64,000 nt of DNA. It comes from the human T2T-CHM13v2.0 reference genome, Homo sapiens. The position numbers were made by a program, and so were the translations under genes. Numbering within the stretch: the first letter of the stretch is position 1; each line of letters begins with the position of its first letter. Below are positions 27,891 through 42,900 of the stretch, piece after piece. Where the stretch lies: NCBI RefSeq assembly GCF_009914755.1, contig NC_060947.1; one strand, 5' to 3'. The notes under the pieces were generated by a model. The model had not been told where the DNA came from. It worked only from the letters and a program-made list of their open reading frames with translations, and ran no database searches.

Positions 27891-29981
27891 CAGATGGAGA
27901 TCTTCCCTTTAATTTAGAAATATCAGATGGCACATGGAGTTAACCTTGTATAGATAATATTTTTTAAAGTTTTCTCAATTTCCTTTTTCAGATTATTATT
28001 AATGTACATAAATGCAACTGAGTTTTGTGTGTTGATCTTGTATACAAATTGGCTAAGTTTGTTTGTTAGTTTTAATGGTTTTTTGCTGGGATAATTGAGG
28101 TTTTCCACATATGAGATTATGTAATCTGCAAAGTGATAATTTTCAAGTCTTTCTTTCCAATTTGGATGCTTTTTGTCCTTTTCTTGCTGAAATGTTCTAG
28201 GAAAAACTTCCAACAATACATTGAATAGAAGTTGAATAGAAGTGGCAAAAGCAGGCATCCTAGTCTTGTTTCTCATCAGAGGAAAAAAGCTTGCAGTATT
28301 TCAGTATTGGGTATGATGTTAGCTGTGGGGTTTTGCATATATAGCTTTTATTATGTTGAAGAGATTTTCTTGCATTTCTACGTTGTTGAATGTTTTGCCA
28401 TGAAAAGTTGTGATATATTTTCAAAAGCTTTTTCTTTACCAATTGAAAAGATTGTGTGTTTTTTAAATTCTGTTAATATTGTGTATTACATCGACTGATT
28501 TTCATATGTTGAACCATCCTTACATTACAGAAATAAATCTCACCTGTATTACTGTATAATCCTCTTAATATGCTGCTGAATTCACTTTATTAGTATTTTA
28601 TTGAGGACTTTTTCATCAATGTTTTTCAAGAATATTCGTCTATAGTTTTCTTACAGTACCTTGCCTGGCTTTTGTATCAGGGCAATGCTTATAAAATACC
28701 CTTATAAAATGGGTAAGAAAGTATTTCCTATGCTTCACACGTTTAGAAGGGTTTCAGAAATATTGGTGTTAATTCTTCTTTAAATGTTTGGCAAAAATTA
28801 ACATTGAAACCATTTGGTCCAGGGTATTTCTTTGTTGGGAGGTTTCTGATTACAGGATCTATCTCCTTATAAATTGTAGGTTGTAGGTATATTCATATAT
28901 TCTATTTCTTTATAATTCATTCTTAGTAGGTTGTGTGCTTTTAGGATTTGTTCATTTCATAAGGGTTATTCAATATGTTTAGGTACAGTTGTTCATAGTA
29001 CTGTATAAGAATCTTTTTGATTTCTGTAGAGTTAGTAATAATGTCCCCAATTTTATTTCTAATTTTAGTCATTTGAGTTGTCTGTCTTTCTTAATCTAAA
29101 GGTTTGTCAATATTCTTGATCTCTTCAAAGAATGTGCCCTTGGTTTTGATGAATTTCTCCATTGTTGTTCTAGTCTTCATTTTATTTATCCTCACTCTAT
29201 TCTTTACTATTTCCTTCCTTCTGTTGCTTTGTGTTTAGTCTGTTATTTTTTTCTAGTTCCATAAAGGTAGGTCATTAATTCGAAATCTTTCTTCCTTCTC
29301 GGTGTGAGTGTTTTCCACTCTGAATCCAACTTGGCAAGGCTTTTGCTGCATCCCAAAATGCATCCTAATTAGTTATATTAGATTTTCATTTTAATTTGTC
29401 TCAAGGTATTTTCTCATTTTCTTTCTGTTTTCTTCTTTGACTCACTGGTTGTTTAATAAAGTGTTATTTAGTTTTCACCTATTTGTTAATTGTTGAGTTT
29501 TCATTCTTATGTTGATTTCTAGTTTCATTCTATTGTGACCAGAAAATAGTTTGTGTGATATTAATTTGTTTAAATTTATTTCAACTTTTGTAATTAACAT
29601 ATGGTCTATTCTGGAGTATGTTCTATGTGCACTTGAGAAAAATGTATATTCTGCTGTTGTTAGGTGGAGTCTCTGTATATGTATGTTATGCCCAATTAGT
29701 ATAAAGTGTTGTTCAAATGTTCAAGTCCTGTATTTCCTTCTTGACCTTCTATATTTCTCCCTTTATTTCAGACAATATTTGCTTCATATATTTTAAAGCT
29801 CTGATTTTTGGTTCATATATGTTCATAATTATTACATCTTTTGGTGAACTGACCTCTTATCAATATATAATGAGCTTCTTATCAACGTATAATGAGCTTG
29901 TCTCTTTTAATAGTTGTTTACTTAAAATGTTTTTTCTTTTCTGATAACAATACAGTTACTACAGTTCTCTTATGGTGACTG

Positions 29982-31250
29982 CAAAGGGTCTTTAAAAACA
30001 TCATGAAAAGTATGTATGATCAAGAAAAAAACTATACATGGATTTCAATTTTTTGCACCAGACTAAAATCATACTAACTTATAGCATGTCTTAAGAGGAT
30101 CTAGTTTGAGGCACTAAGAAGAATAAGACATAAAGCAACATGAATTCTGTTAAAATTGAAGCAAGAACAAACATCAAATTTATGGTGAAGCCTGGGTGGG
30201 AGAATAGTGAAATTATTGATCCTTTATGAAAAGTTTAGGAGGACAGTGACCCAAAGATATCAGTGTTTACAAATAAATAGCTCATTTAAAGAAGGGATGA
30301 GATGATGTGGAAGATGAAGCCTACAGCCACAGACCATCCACATCTATTTGTGAAAAAAAAGATTATCTTATTTGGGCTCTAAATGAAGAGTACTGATGAT
30401 TAACAGCACAAACAGCAGCTAATACCACATACATGTCAATTGGTTCAGCTTACACAATTCTGACTGAAAAATTAAACTTGAGCACACTTTCCACTCAGTG
30501 GGTGCCAAAACTTTTGCACCCAGATCAGCTGCAGAGAAGACCAGAGCTTTCAATGAAAATTATGAAGAAGTGGGATCAAGATCCTGAGGCATTTCTTTAA
30601 AAAATTGTAACAGGAGATTATAAAATATGGTATGATCTTGAAGACAAAGGACAGTATGACCCTGAGGCAAAGCATAATCAAAGCAATGGCCACCAAGAGG
30701 TGGAAGTGGTACAGTCAAGACCAGTCAAGACCGATGGTCATGGCAATAGTTCTTTGAGATTCCCAAGGCATTTTGTTTGTTGACTTTCCAGAGAACCAAA
30801 CAGCGAAGACATCTGCTTTTTATGAGTGTATTGAGAAAGTTAGCCAAAGCTTTAGCAGAAAAATGAACAGAAAAAAAATTACCAAAGAGTCCTTTTTTAC
30901 CATGATGATGTTCATTCCTCTCTTCAAACAAGAGTAGTTTTGCAAGAATGTCTATAGGAAATTATTTGGCATCCACATTACAGTACTGATTTGGCTTCTT
31001 CTGACTTTTTGTTTTCCGATCATAAAAATACATAAAGGTCAATCATTTTTGTTTGGTTAACAATGTGAAAAAGTCTGCATCAATGTGGTTACAGTCCCAG
31101 AATTCTCAGTTCCTTAGGGATGGACTAAATGGCTAGTATTATTATGTACAAAATGGTCTTGGCCTTGATGGAGCTCATGTTGAAAAAAAAATTTATATTA
31201 TTTTTATCTTTTAATTTCATTTTTTTCATAAACTTTTTAAAGTCCCCTGA
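29982..31250 (+). mobile_element. HSMAR2 mariner, near full length, with decayed transposase (~30140-31190)
   Basis: TIR-like ends CAAAGGGTCTTTAAAAACATCATGAAAA and TTTTCATAAACTTTTTAAAGTCCCCTG, then TA; MNSVKIEARTNIKFMVK start, WVPK and HPHYSTDLASSDF motifs; stops and frameshifts. Confidence 0.93.
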
Positions 31251-32230
31251 TATTTGCATAAAACATCTTTTGTCCTTTCAAACTATTTGTGTCCTTAAAT
31301 ATAAAATGAGTTTTTTATAGAAGCATATAATTGAATTATGTTTTCAATGTTTCATTTTTTAAAAATTTCAACTTTTATTTTAGATGCAGGGGATACATGT
31401 GTAGGTTTGTCATGTGGTATATTGCACCCAGATAGTGAGCATAGTACCCAATGAGTAATTTTTTAACCCATACTCCCCCTTCCTACCTTCCCCTGTAGTA
31501 GTCAACAGTGTCTCTTTTTCCCACGTTTATGTCCATGTATGCTCAATGTTTAGCTCCTACTTATAAGTAAGAACATGTAGTATATTGTTTTCAATTCCTG
31601 CATTAACTCACTTAGGATAATGGCCTTAGGTTCCATCCATGTTGCTGCAAGGAACATGATTTCATTCATTTTTATGACTGTGTAGTGTTCCATGGCGTAT
31701 ATGTACCACATTTTCTTTATCCAATCTACTATTGATGGGCATTGAAGTGGATTCCATGTCTTTGTCATTGTGAATAGCGTGACAATGAACATACAAGTTT
31801 ATATGTCTTTTTGGTATAATGATTTATATTCCTTTGGGTATATAACCAGTAATGGGATTGCTGGGTTGAATGATAGCTCTGTTTTAAGTTCTTTAAGAAA
31901 TCTTCAAACCACTTTCCACAATGGCTGAACTAATTTACATCATCACCACCAGTGTATAAGCATTCACATTTCTCTGAAGCATTGCCGGGATCTGTTATAT
32001 TTTAAATTTTTGATAATAGTTATTCGGACAGGTGTGAAATATCTCACTTTGATTTACATTTTTCTGATGATTAATATTATGAGCATTTTTCATATGTTTT
32101 TGGCCACTTGTATGTCTTTTGAGAAGCATCTGCTCATGTCCTTTGCCAGTATTTTAATGAGGTTATTTGTTTTTTGCTTGTTAAGTTTCTTATAGATCTT
32201 GGACATTAGATATTTTAACAAATGTTTTCC

Positions 32231-35030
32231 TGTATTAGTCTGTTCTCATGCTGCTATGAAGAAATAAATGAGACTGGATAATTTATAAAGAAAATAGGTT
32301 TAATTGACTCACAGTTTCACATGGCTGTGGAGGCCTCAGGAAATATACAATCATGGCAGAAGGCACCTCTTCACAGGACAGCAGCAGGGAGAATGAGTGC
32401 CAGCAGGGGAAATGCCAGGCACTTATATAACCTTCAGATCTCATGAGAACTCACTCACAATAAGGAGAACAGAATAGGGGAAACCACCCCTATGATCCAT
32501 TTACCTCCACCTGGTCCAGCCCTTGAAACGTGGGGATTATTACAATTCAAGGTGAGATTTGGGTGGGGACACAGAACCAAACCGTATCATTCCACCCCGG
32601 CCCCTCCAAAATCTCATATTCTCACATTTCAAAACACAATCATTCCAACAGTCCCCCAAAGTCTTAACTCATTCCAGCATTAACTCAAAAGTCCAAGTCT
32701 GAAGTCTCACCTGAGACTAGGCAAGTCCCTTCCACCTATCAGCCTATATAATTAAAACCAAGTTAGTTACTTCCTAGATATAATGGGGGTACAGGTATTG
32801 GGTAAATACACTCATTCCAAATGGGAGAAATTGGCCAAATCAAAGGAGCTACAGGCCCCATGCAAGTCCAAATTCCAATAGGGCAGTCATTAAACCTTAA
32901 AGTTTCAAAATGATCTCCTTTGACACCATGTCTCATATCCAGGTCATGCTGATGCAATAGGTGGGCTCCCATGGCCTTGGGCAGCTGCTGAGACCAATTC
33001 GGTCAGGGAGACCCTAACCCAGCAGTGCTAGAGGAATTAAAGACACACACACAGAAATATAGAGGTATGAAGTGGGAAATCAGGGGTCTCACAGCCTTCA
33101 GAGCTGAGAGCCCTGAACAGAGATTTTCCCACGTATTTATTAACAGCAAGCCAGTCATTAGCATTGTTTCTATACATATTAGATTAACTAAAAGTATCCC
33201 TTATGGGAAACGAAGAGATGGGCCGAAATAAAGGGATGGGTTGGGCTAGTTATCTGCAGCAGGAGCATTCCCTTAAGGCACAGATCGCTCATGCTATTGT
33301 TTGTGGTTTAAGAATGCCTTTAAGCAGTTTTCCACCCTGGGTGGGCCAGGTGTTCCTTGCCCTCATTCCAGTAAACCCACAACCTTCCAGCGTGGGCATC
33401 ATGGCCATCATAAACATGTCACAGTGCTGCAGAGATTTTGTTTATGGCCAGTTTTGGGCCAGTTTATGGCCAGGTTTTGGGGGTCCTGTTCCCAACAGGC
33501 AGCTCTGTCCCTGTGGTTTTGTAGAGTACAGCTCCCCTCCAGGCTGCTTTCATGGGCTGGCATTGAGTGTCTGTGGCTTTTCCAGAGGCACAGCACAAGC
33601 TATTGGTGGATCTAATATTCTAGGGTCTAGAGGATGGTGGCCCTGTTCTCATAGGTCCACTAGGCAGTGCCACAGTGGGGACTCTGTGCGGGGGCTCCAA
33701 CCCCACATTTCTCTTCTGCACTGCCCCAGCAGAGATTCTCCATGAGGGTTCTTCCACTGCAGCACACCTCTGCCTGGACATCCAGGCATTTCCACACATC
33801 CTCTGAAATCCACACAGAGGTTCCCAAACCTCAATTCTTGACTTCCATGCACCTGTAGGCTCAACACCACTTGGAAACCACCAAGGCTTGGAGCTTGTAT
33901 CCTCTGAAGCAATGGCCCAAGCTGTACCTTGGCCCCTTTTAGTCACGGCTGGAGCTGAAGCAGCTGAGATGCAGGGTACCGTGTTCCGGGGCTGCACAGA
34001 GCAGGGAGGTCTTGGACCCAGCCAATGAAACCATTTTTTCCTCTTAGGCCTCCTGGACTGTGATGGGAGAGGCTACTCTGAAGGTCTCTGACATGCCCTG
34101 AAGACATTTCCCCCATTGTCTTGGTGACTAACATTCGGCTCCTTGTTATGCAAATTTCTGCAGTCAGCTTGAATTTCTCCCCAGAAAATGGGTTTTTCTT
34201 TTCTATCACATTGTCAGGCTGTAAATTTTTAAAACTTTTACGCTCTGCTTCCTCTTGAACACTTTGCCACTTACAAATTTCTTCCACCAAATACCGTAAA
34301 TCATCTCTCCCAAATACCGTAAATCATCTCTCCCTAGTTCAAAGTTCCACAGATCTTTAGGGCAGGGGCAAAATGCCACCAGTTTCTTTGCTAAAGCATA
34401 GCAAGGGTCATCTTTGCTCCAGTTCCCAAAAAGTTTCTCATCTCCATCTGAAACCACCTCAGTCTGGACTTCATTGTCCATATCACTATCAGAATTTTGG
34501 TCAAAGCCATTCAACAAGTCTCTAGGAAGGTCCAAACTTTCCCACATTTTCCTGTCCTCTTCTGAGCTCTCCAAACTGTTCCAACCTCTGCCTGTTACAG
34601 AGTTCCAAAGTCACTTGACATTTTAAGGTATCTTTATAGCAGCACCTCACTCTCTGTGGTAACAATTTACTGTATTAGTCCATTCTCACATTTCTATGAA
34701 GAAATACTAAGATTGGGTAATTTATAAAGAAAAGAGGTTTAATTGGCTCACAGTTTCACATGACTGTGGAGGCCTCAGGATACTTACAATTATGGTGGAA
34801 GGCACTTCTTCAAAGGGTGGCAGGAGAGAGAAAGTGCCAGCCCAGCAAGGGAAATGCCAGATGCTTATATAACCATCAGATCTCAAAAGAACTCACTCAC
34901 TATTATGAGAACAGCATGCAGGAAACTGCCCCCATGATCCAATTACCTCCACCTGTCCCACCCTTGACACATGGGGATTATTACAATTCAAAGTGAGACT
35001 TGGGTGGGGACACAGAGCCAAACCATATCA
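32231..35030 (-). mobile_element. THE1C-like two-LTR provirus (LTRs 32231-32589 and 34671-35030, internal region between)
   Basis: Two direct LTR copies TGTATTAGTC...TATCA, THE1-int ORF remnant (MWESLDLPRDLLNGFDQN), degenerate TSD TTTCC/CTTAC. Confidence 0.93.
32986..33497 (-). mobile_element. MER9 solo LTR (HERV-K HML-3)
   Basis: 512 bp, TG...CA termini, reverse complement starts TGTTGGGAACAGG; 6-bp TSD GGCAGC at 32980-32985 and 33498-33503. Confidence 0.9.
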
Positions 35031-35933
35031 CTTACTCTCTAGAAAGTTTCTTTAGCTGCACAGAAGCTCTTTAGTTTAATTAGGTCCCACTTGTCAATCA
35101 TTGTTATTGTTCCAATTGCTTTAAGGAACTTAGTCAAAAAGTATTTGCCAAGACCAATGTCAAGAAGGGTATTTCCTAGGTTTTCTTCTAGGATTTTTTA
35201 TAGTTTGAGTTCTATATTTAAATCTTTAATGCCTATTGAGTTAATTTTTATGTGGTAAAATGTAAAGCTCTTGTTTTATTCTGCTGCATATGGCTAGCCT
35301 GCTATTCTTGCACCATTTATTGAACAGAAAGTCCTTTCCCCATTGCTTGCTTTTGTCAACCTTGTTGAAGATTAGGTGGCTGTAGCTGTGTGGCTTCATT
35401 TCTGAGTTTTGTATTCTCTTCCATTGGTCTGTGTGTCTGTTTATTTACCAGTACCATGCTGTTTTGGTTAATGTAGCCTTATAGTACAGTTTGAATTTGG
35501 GTACTGTGATACTTCCATCTTTGTTCTTTTTGCTTAGAATTGCTTTGGCTATTTGGGGTCTGTTTGGGTTCCATATAAATTTTAGAATAGGTTTTTCTCT
35601 CTTTTTTTTTTCTAATCCTGTGAAGACTGATTAGGATTGGTAGTTTATAAGAACGGTGTTGAAGCTCTTCATTGCTTTGGATAGTATGGCCATTTTAACA
35701 ATATTTATTCTTCCAATCCATGAGTATGTAATGCTTTTTTTTTTTTTCATTTATTTGTGCCATCTCTGATTTCTTTCAGCAGTGTTTTGTGATTATTTTT
35801 GTAGAGATCTTTTACCTCTTTGGTTAGCTTTATTCCTAGGTACTTCAATTTTTTTGCAGCTATTGTAAATGGGATTGTGTTCTTCATTTGAGTCTCAGCC
35901 TAGAAGTGATTGGTGTATAGAAATGCTGCTGGC

Positions 35934-36301
<368 letters not shown>

Positions 36302-37849
36302 TTATCAGTTCTCGTAGCCTTTTGGTGGAGTCTTTAGGGTTTTCTAAGTATAGAATCATATTGTCAGCAAGTAGAGATAGTTTGATTTCTTCTTTACCTG
36401 TTTGGATGCCTTTTTTTTTTTCTCTTTCCTAATTGCTCTGTGTAGTCCTTCCAGCACTATATGTTGAATAAGAGTGGTGAGAGTGGGCATCCTTGTCTTG
36501 GACCAATCCTCAAGGGAAATGTCTTTGGCTTTTACCCATTTAGCGTGATGTTGGCTGTGGGTTTGTCATAGATGATTCTTATTATTTTGAGGTATCTTTT
36601 GATGCCTAGTCTGTTGAGGGTTTTTGTCATGAAGAGATGTTGAATTTTATCAAAAGCTTTTTTCACATCTATTGAGATGATCGTATGGGTTTTTAAAATT
36701 CTCTTTATGTGGTAAATAATTTTTATTGACTTGTATATGGTGAACCCACCTTACCTCCCAGGAATTAAGCCTACTTGATTGTAGGTAATTGAGTTTTTGA
36801 TGTGCTACTAGATTTAATTTTCTAATAGTTTGTTAAGGATTTTTGTATCTACGTTCATCAAGGATATTGGCCTGAAGTTTCCTTTTCTGTTGTGTCTCTG
36901 CCAGATTTTGGAATCAGAATGAAGCTGGCTTCATAGAATAAATGAAGGAGGAGTCTCTTCCCCTCAATTTTTGGGAATAGTTTTAGCAGAATTTGTAGCA
37001 GTTCTCCATGGTACTTCTGGCATAATCCAGCCTTGCATTTATCTGGTCCAGGGCTTTTTTTCAGTTGATATGTTTTTTATTACTAATCTAATTTCAGAAT
37101 TTTTCATTGATCACTTCATTATATAACTTTATTCCTGGTTCAATCTTATTAAATTTTGTGTTTCTAAAAATTTATCAATTTCCTCTAGATTTTCTAATTT
37201 TTGTGCATAGAAGTGTTTAGAATAGACTCTGAGGATCTTTTGTATTTCCATGAGATCATCTGTAATGAAATCTTTGTCATTTCTGATTGCACTTGTTTGG
37301 ATCTTCTCTCTTTTCTTTGTTAATCTACATAGTGGTCTATCAATCTTGTTTATTATTTTAAAGAATAAATTATTGGCTTCATTGACTTTTTGTATGAACT
37401 TTTGCATTTCAATTTCATTCAGTTCTTCTCTGATTTCCATTATTTCTTTTCTCCCACTAGCTTCAGGATTGATTTATGTTTTTCTAGTTTATCTATGTGC
37501 AATGCTAGAACATTAATTTCAGATCTTTCTAACTTACTGATGAGGGACTTTAGTATTATAAATTTTCCTCTTTTTTTAGCTACATGCCGAAGACATTGAT
37601 ACGTTATGACTCTATTTTTCTTAATTTCCATTTTTTTATTTTTGTCTAATTTCATTGTTCACCCAAAAGTTATTCAGTAGAAAGTTGTTTAATTTCCATG
37701 TTTTGTGTAGTTTTGAGAGATTTTATTGGTATAGATTTCTATTTTTATTGCACTATGATCTGAAAGTTAGCTTGTTACAATTTTGTTTTTTTGAATGCAT
37801 TGAAATGTGCTTTATAACCAAGCATGTGGTTGATCTTAGAATATATTCC

Positions 37850-39547
37850 TAGTGTACCATCAATGACAAAAACAAATGAAAACACATCCCATGCTCATGG
37901 ATAGGTAGAATCAATATTGTGAAAATGACCATACTGCCAAAAGCAATCTACAAATTCAATGCAATTCCCATCAAAATACCACCGTCATTCTTCACAGAAC
38001 TAGAAAAAGCAATCCTAAAGTTTATATGAAATTAAAAAAGATCCTGCATAGCATGACTAAGCAAAAAGAACAAACCTGGAGGAATCACATTACCTAGGTT
38101 CAAAGGATACTATACGGCCACAGTCACCAAAACAGCATGGTACTGGTAAAACAAACAAACAAACATAGTCCAACGGAACAGAATAGAGAAATCAAAAATA
38201 AACCCAAATACTTACAGCCAACTGATCTTCAACAAAGCAAACAGAAACATGAAGTGGGGAAAGGACATCCTATTTAACAAATGATGCTGGGATAACTGGC
38301 AAGGCACATGTAGAAGAATGAAACTGGATCCTCACCTCTCATAGTATACAAAAATCAACTCAAGATGGATCAAAGACTTAAATCTAAGACCTGAAATCAT
38401 AAGGATTCTAGAAGATATAATCAGAAAAACCCTTGTAGACACTGGCTTAGGCAAAGACTTCATGATCAAGAAGCCAAAAGCAAATGCAGCATGAAACAAG
38501 ATAGATGGGACTTAATTAAACCAAAAATCTTCTGCAGAGCAAAAGAAACAATCAGCCAAGTAAACAGACAACCCACGGGGTGGGGAAAAATCTTTGCAAT
38601 CTGTACATCTAACAAAGGACTAATATATAGAATCTACAAGGAACTCAAATCAGCAAGAAAAAAACAATTCCATAAAAAAGTGGGCTAAGGACATGAATAC
38701 AAATGTTTCATATTTTTTTGCCCATTTGAATACAAAAAAAAGATAAATAAATGGCCAAGAAACATATGAAAAAATGCTCAACATCACTATCAGGGAAATG
38801 CAAATCAAAACCACAGTATGATACCACCTTACTCCTGTAAGAATGGCCATAATCAAAAAATTAAAAAATAATAGATGTTGGCATGGATGTGGTGACAAGG
38901 GAATACTTTTACACTGCTGGTGGGAATGTAAACTAGTACAACCACTATGGAAAACAGCGTGGAGATTTCTTAAAGAACTGAAAGTAAATCTACCTTTAAA
39001 TCCAGCAATCCCAGTAATGGGTATCTACCCAGAGGAAAAGAAGTCATTATACAACAAAAGATACTAGTACACACATGTTTATGGCAACACAATTAGCAAC
39101 TGCAAAAATATGGAACCAGCCCGAATGTCCATCAATCAATGAGTAGATAAAGTTAATGTGTATATATAAACACACCATGGAATACTACTCAGCCATAAAA
39201 AGGAACAGAATAATGACACTCACAGCAACCTGGGTGGAATTAGAGACCATTATTCTGAGTGAAGTAACTCAGAAATGAAAAAGCAAACATTGTATATTCT
39301 CACTTATAAGTGAGAGCTAAGCTGTGAGGATACAAAAGCATAAGAATGATACAATGGACTTTGGGAACTCAGAGGAAAGGGTGGGAGGATGTGAGGAATT
39401 AAAGACTATACACTGGGTACAGTGTACACTGCTTGGGTGATGGGTACAGCAAAATTGAAGAAATCACAACTAAAGAACTTATTCATGTAACCAAATACTA
39501 CCTGTTCTCCAAAAACCTATTGAAATAAAAAAATAATAATAAAAAAT
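37850..39547 (+). mobile_element. 5'-truncated L1PB1
   Basis: 3'UTR GCATAAGAATGATACAATGGACTTTGGG...GGGTACAGTGTACACTGCT; TSD AATAT(A/G)TTCC at 37840-37849 and 39548-39557. Confidence 0.88.
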
Positions 39548-39993
39548 AATATGTTCCATGTGGAGATGAAATGAATGTATATTCTGTGGTTGTTGGGAGC
39601 ATTATTCTGTTAGACATCTATTAGGTTCAGTTGCTCAAGTGTCTGAATTCCTGTTTCTGACTTCCTTTGTGTTTAATTTTTTGTAGTGACACATTTTATT
39701 CGCTTTTTATTATCTTTTGTGTATAATGTATACCTATTTCATTTTTATCTTATGAGAATTATGTATAACATCCTAAATTTATAACTTACATTGATTAAAT
39801 TGATAGCAATCTTCCTTTAATAATATACAAAAATTCTACTTGCATATGGCTTCACTCCCCTATACGTTGTTATTAATGTCACAAATGCATCTTTATACAT
39901 CATGTGCCTATTAGTATAGATTTGTAATTATTGTTATACATTTCCTTTTTAAATCTTGTGGAAAATAACAAGTGGAGTTTAAAACCAAAATTA

Positions 39994-42900
39994 AGTTTTT
40001 TCTGCAAGGTGGCAGATTAGAGGCTTTGTTAGCATGCCTTAGCCACATGGAAATAGCAAAATAGTGTGTAGAGATTCACACCGTGAACTTTCATAAGAGA
40101 AGGTACATAGGATCGTAACATAAAAGTGATTAAAAACAGCAGATATGTTGAAGAATTTGGTAGGCAGCAGCCCACACTGTGGGTCTGCTGGAAAATTGCA
40201 AGTACCCAGTGTATAAGAGGGAAACAGCATGTCTCCATGATACACATTCCTACTGGGGAGCCAGAAAAATCCGGCCACAAGGAGCTACTGGACCCTACCA
40301 AGCACTGTATCTGATGTGGGAAGCAATGGAGATGTATTAAGTCAGGGTTCTCCAGAGGAACAGAACTAATAGAATATATGTATATATGAAAGGGTGTTTA
40401 TCAAGGAGAATTGACTCACAGGATCACAAGATGAAGTCCCATGATAGGCTGTCTGCAAGCTGAGGAGGTAGTCAGTAGTGGCTCAGTCTGAGTCCAAAAT
40501 CCTCAAAAGTAGGGAAGGCAACAGTGCAGCCTTCAGTGTATGGCCAAAAGCCTGAAAGCCCCTGGCAAACCACTGGTGTCAGTCCAGGAGTCCAAAGGCT
40601 GAAGAACCTGGAGTCTGATGCCCAAAGGCAGGAAGCATTCAGCACAGAAGAAAGATGAAAGCCAGGAGACTCAACAAGCCAGCTTGTTCCACTTTCTTCT
40701 ACCTGCTTTGTCCTAGCCACGCTGGCAGTCAATTGGATGGTGCCCACCCACATTAAGGGTGAGTCTTCCTCTCCTAGTCCACTGACTCAAATGTTAATCT
40801 TCTCTGGCAACGCCCTCATAATACACACCCAAAAACAATACTTTACCAGCTATCTAGGCATCCTTCGATCCAATCAAGTTGACACCTAATATTAATTATC
40901 AGAGGGGAGTCCCAGAGGAGTGGCAGTGAAAGGGCTTTGCATGTGCTCTCAGACCCCAGAGCCAATAGAATGTAGCCATTTCAGACCCTAAATCATAGGG
41001 GTATTTGCTGAAATCTATCAACAAGCACGGGTAGCAGTCACTGGTTGGGCAAGTTTCCAGACAGATATTTAAAATCTACTCTCAAATGGGAGAAGAGCTT
41101 CCAAACCCAGAACTGAGGGATAAGAGTAGTTTGGAACTGAGAGTGGAACCCAAGCCACTGGGCATTTCATAGACCAGACCAGTGCTTGAAGTGCCAGAGA
41201 GTTTCCTCTGGTAAACAAAGACCAAGCATACATACTTCTGCTAACACCACAGCCAGTTCTTACAACAAGCACTACCTATTGGCCTGAAGGCTAAATTGCA
41301 CAACCTAATACAACACTCCACTAACACAACTGAACAATTGAGGAAGAGATAAGCTTCTTAAGACCTTTATCACCCCTGCTTCACAGAACATTATGACACT
41401 ACTGACATGCCTGCTACATTAGTACTGCAACTGGCATTTAAGAAGTCACCACACTAAGGCCATCTATAACCAAGTGATTCATAAAGTGTATTTGCCACAG
41501 AAAGCACCCAGAAGCAAAGCCAAATGAACCAACTCAACATATTTTATACTCACATCCACAAGGGGGAAAAATATCCAGAAACAAAAGGGAATTCAAAAAT
41601 AAGAGACCGTTTCTTTACATGAAAATGAACCAGTAAAACACTTCTGAAAGTATAAAAAAGGGGGTTAAAAGTCCCCCAAAGAATCACACTAACTCTCTAG
41701 CAATGGATCCTACCTAAAATTGTTGAAATATCAGATAAAGAATTCAACATATTGATTTTTAAACAGTTTAATGATATCCATGAGAAATATGAACACCAAT
41801 ACAAAGAAATGAGAAAATAAATCCAAGATATGAATGAGAGGTTTATCAAAGTAATATTTTTTAAAAACAAACAAACAGAGATTCCAGAAATGAAAAATTC
41901 AATGAAGAAATTACAAAATACAGTTTAAAAGCTTCAACAAAAGACTAGCCAAAGCAGAAGAAATAATCTCAGAAGACAGGTCTTTTTAATTAATCCAGTC
42001 ATACAAAAACAAAGAAAAAAAACCAAACAAACAAAAATAAAGCCTTCAAGAAGCATGGGACTATGTAAAACATCCAAACCTATGAATCACAGGTATTTAT
42101 GACAAAGAAGAAAAAAGAAAATCTAGAAAAGCTATTTGAGGAAATTATGGAGGAAAATTTCTCTAGTCTAGCAAGAGATTTAGACATCCAGATACAAGAA
42201 GCTCAAAGAACTCTAGCTAAACACATTGCAAGATGTACCTCACCAGAACATAGAGTCATTAGACTGTCTAAGGTTGAAGTGAAGGAAAAAAATCCTAAAA
42301 TCAGCAGGGAAAAAAAATCTTGGCAATTATAAAGGAAATCCATTAGGCTAACAGTGGATTTCTCAATAAAAACCTTATAAGCCAGAAGAGATTGAATTCT
42401 ATTTTCAAGGTGCTTAAGGAAATATCAACAGCAAATTTTGCACCCTGCCAGAATAAGCTTCATAGAAGAAGGAGAAATAAACTCTTAGACAAGGAAATGC
42501 TGAGAGTACTTATCACCACTACACCAGTCCTACAAGAAATGCTCAAGGGAATTCTAAACATGGAAACAAAAGGTTAATACTTGTCATCATAAAAACTTGT
42601 AAAAGTATAAAATTCACAGTTCTTATAAAACAATTACACAAATGACTCTACAAAGCAACTAGATAACATTTAACATTATGACAGGAACAAAACCTCACAT
42701 ATCAATAACTTTGAACATAAGTTGGTAAAGATAGTTATAAACTGAAGGTAACAGGATGGAAAAAGATATTGCATGCCAAAGGAAATCAAAAGTGAGCAGA
42801 AATAGCTATACTGATATCAGATAAAACAGACTTTAAATAAACAACAGTAAAAACAAGACAAATAAGGTCATTATATAATAATAAAGGTATCAATTAAAGA

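Noticed and set aside
33203-33745. 180-aa ORF as a novel gene
   Set aside because: Runs antisense across the MER9/THE1-int junction; no recognisable domain
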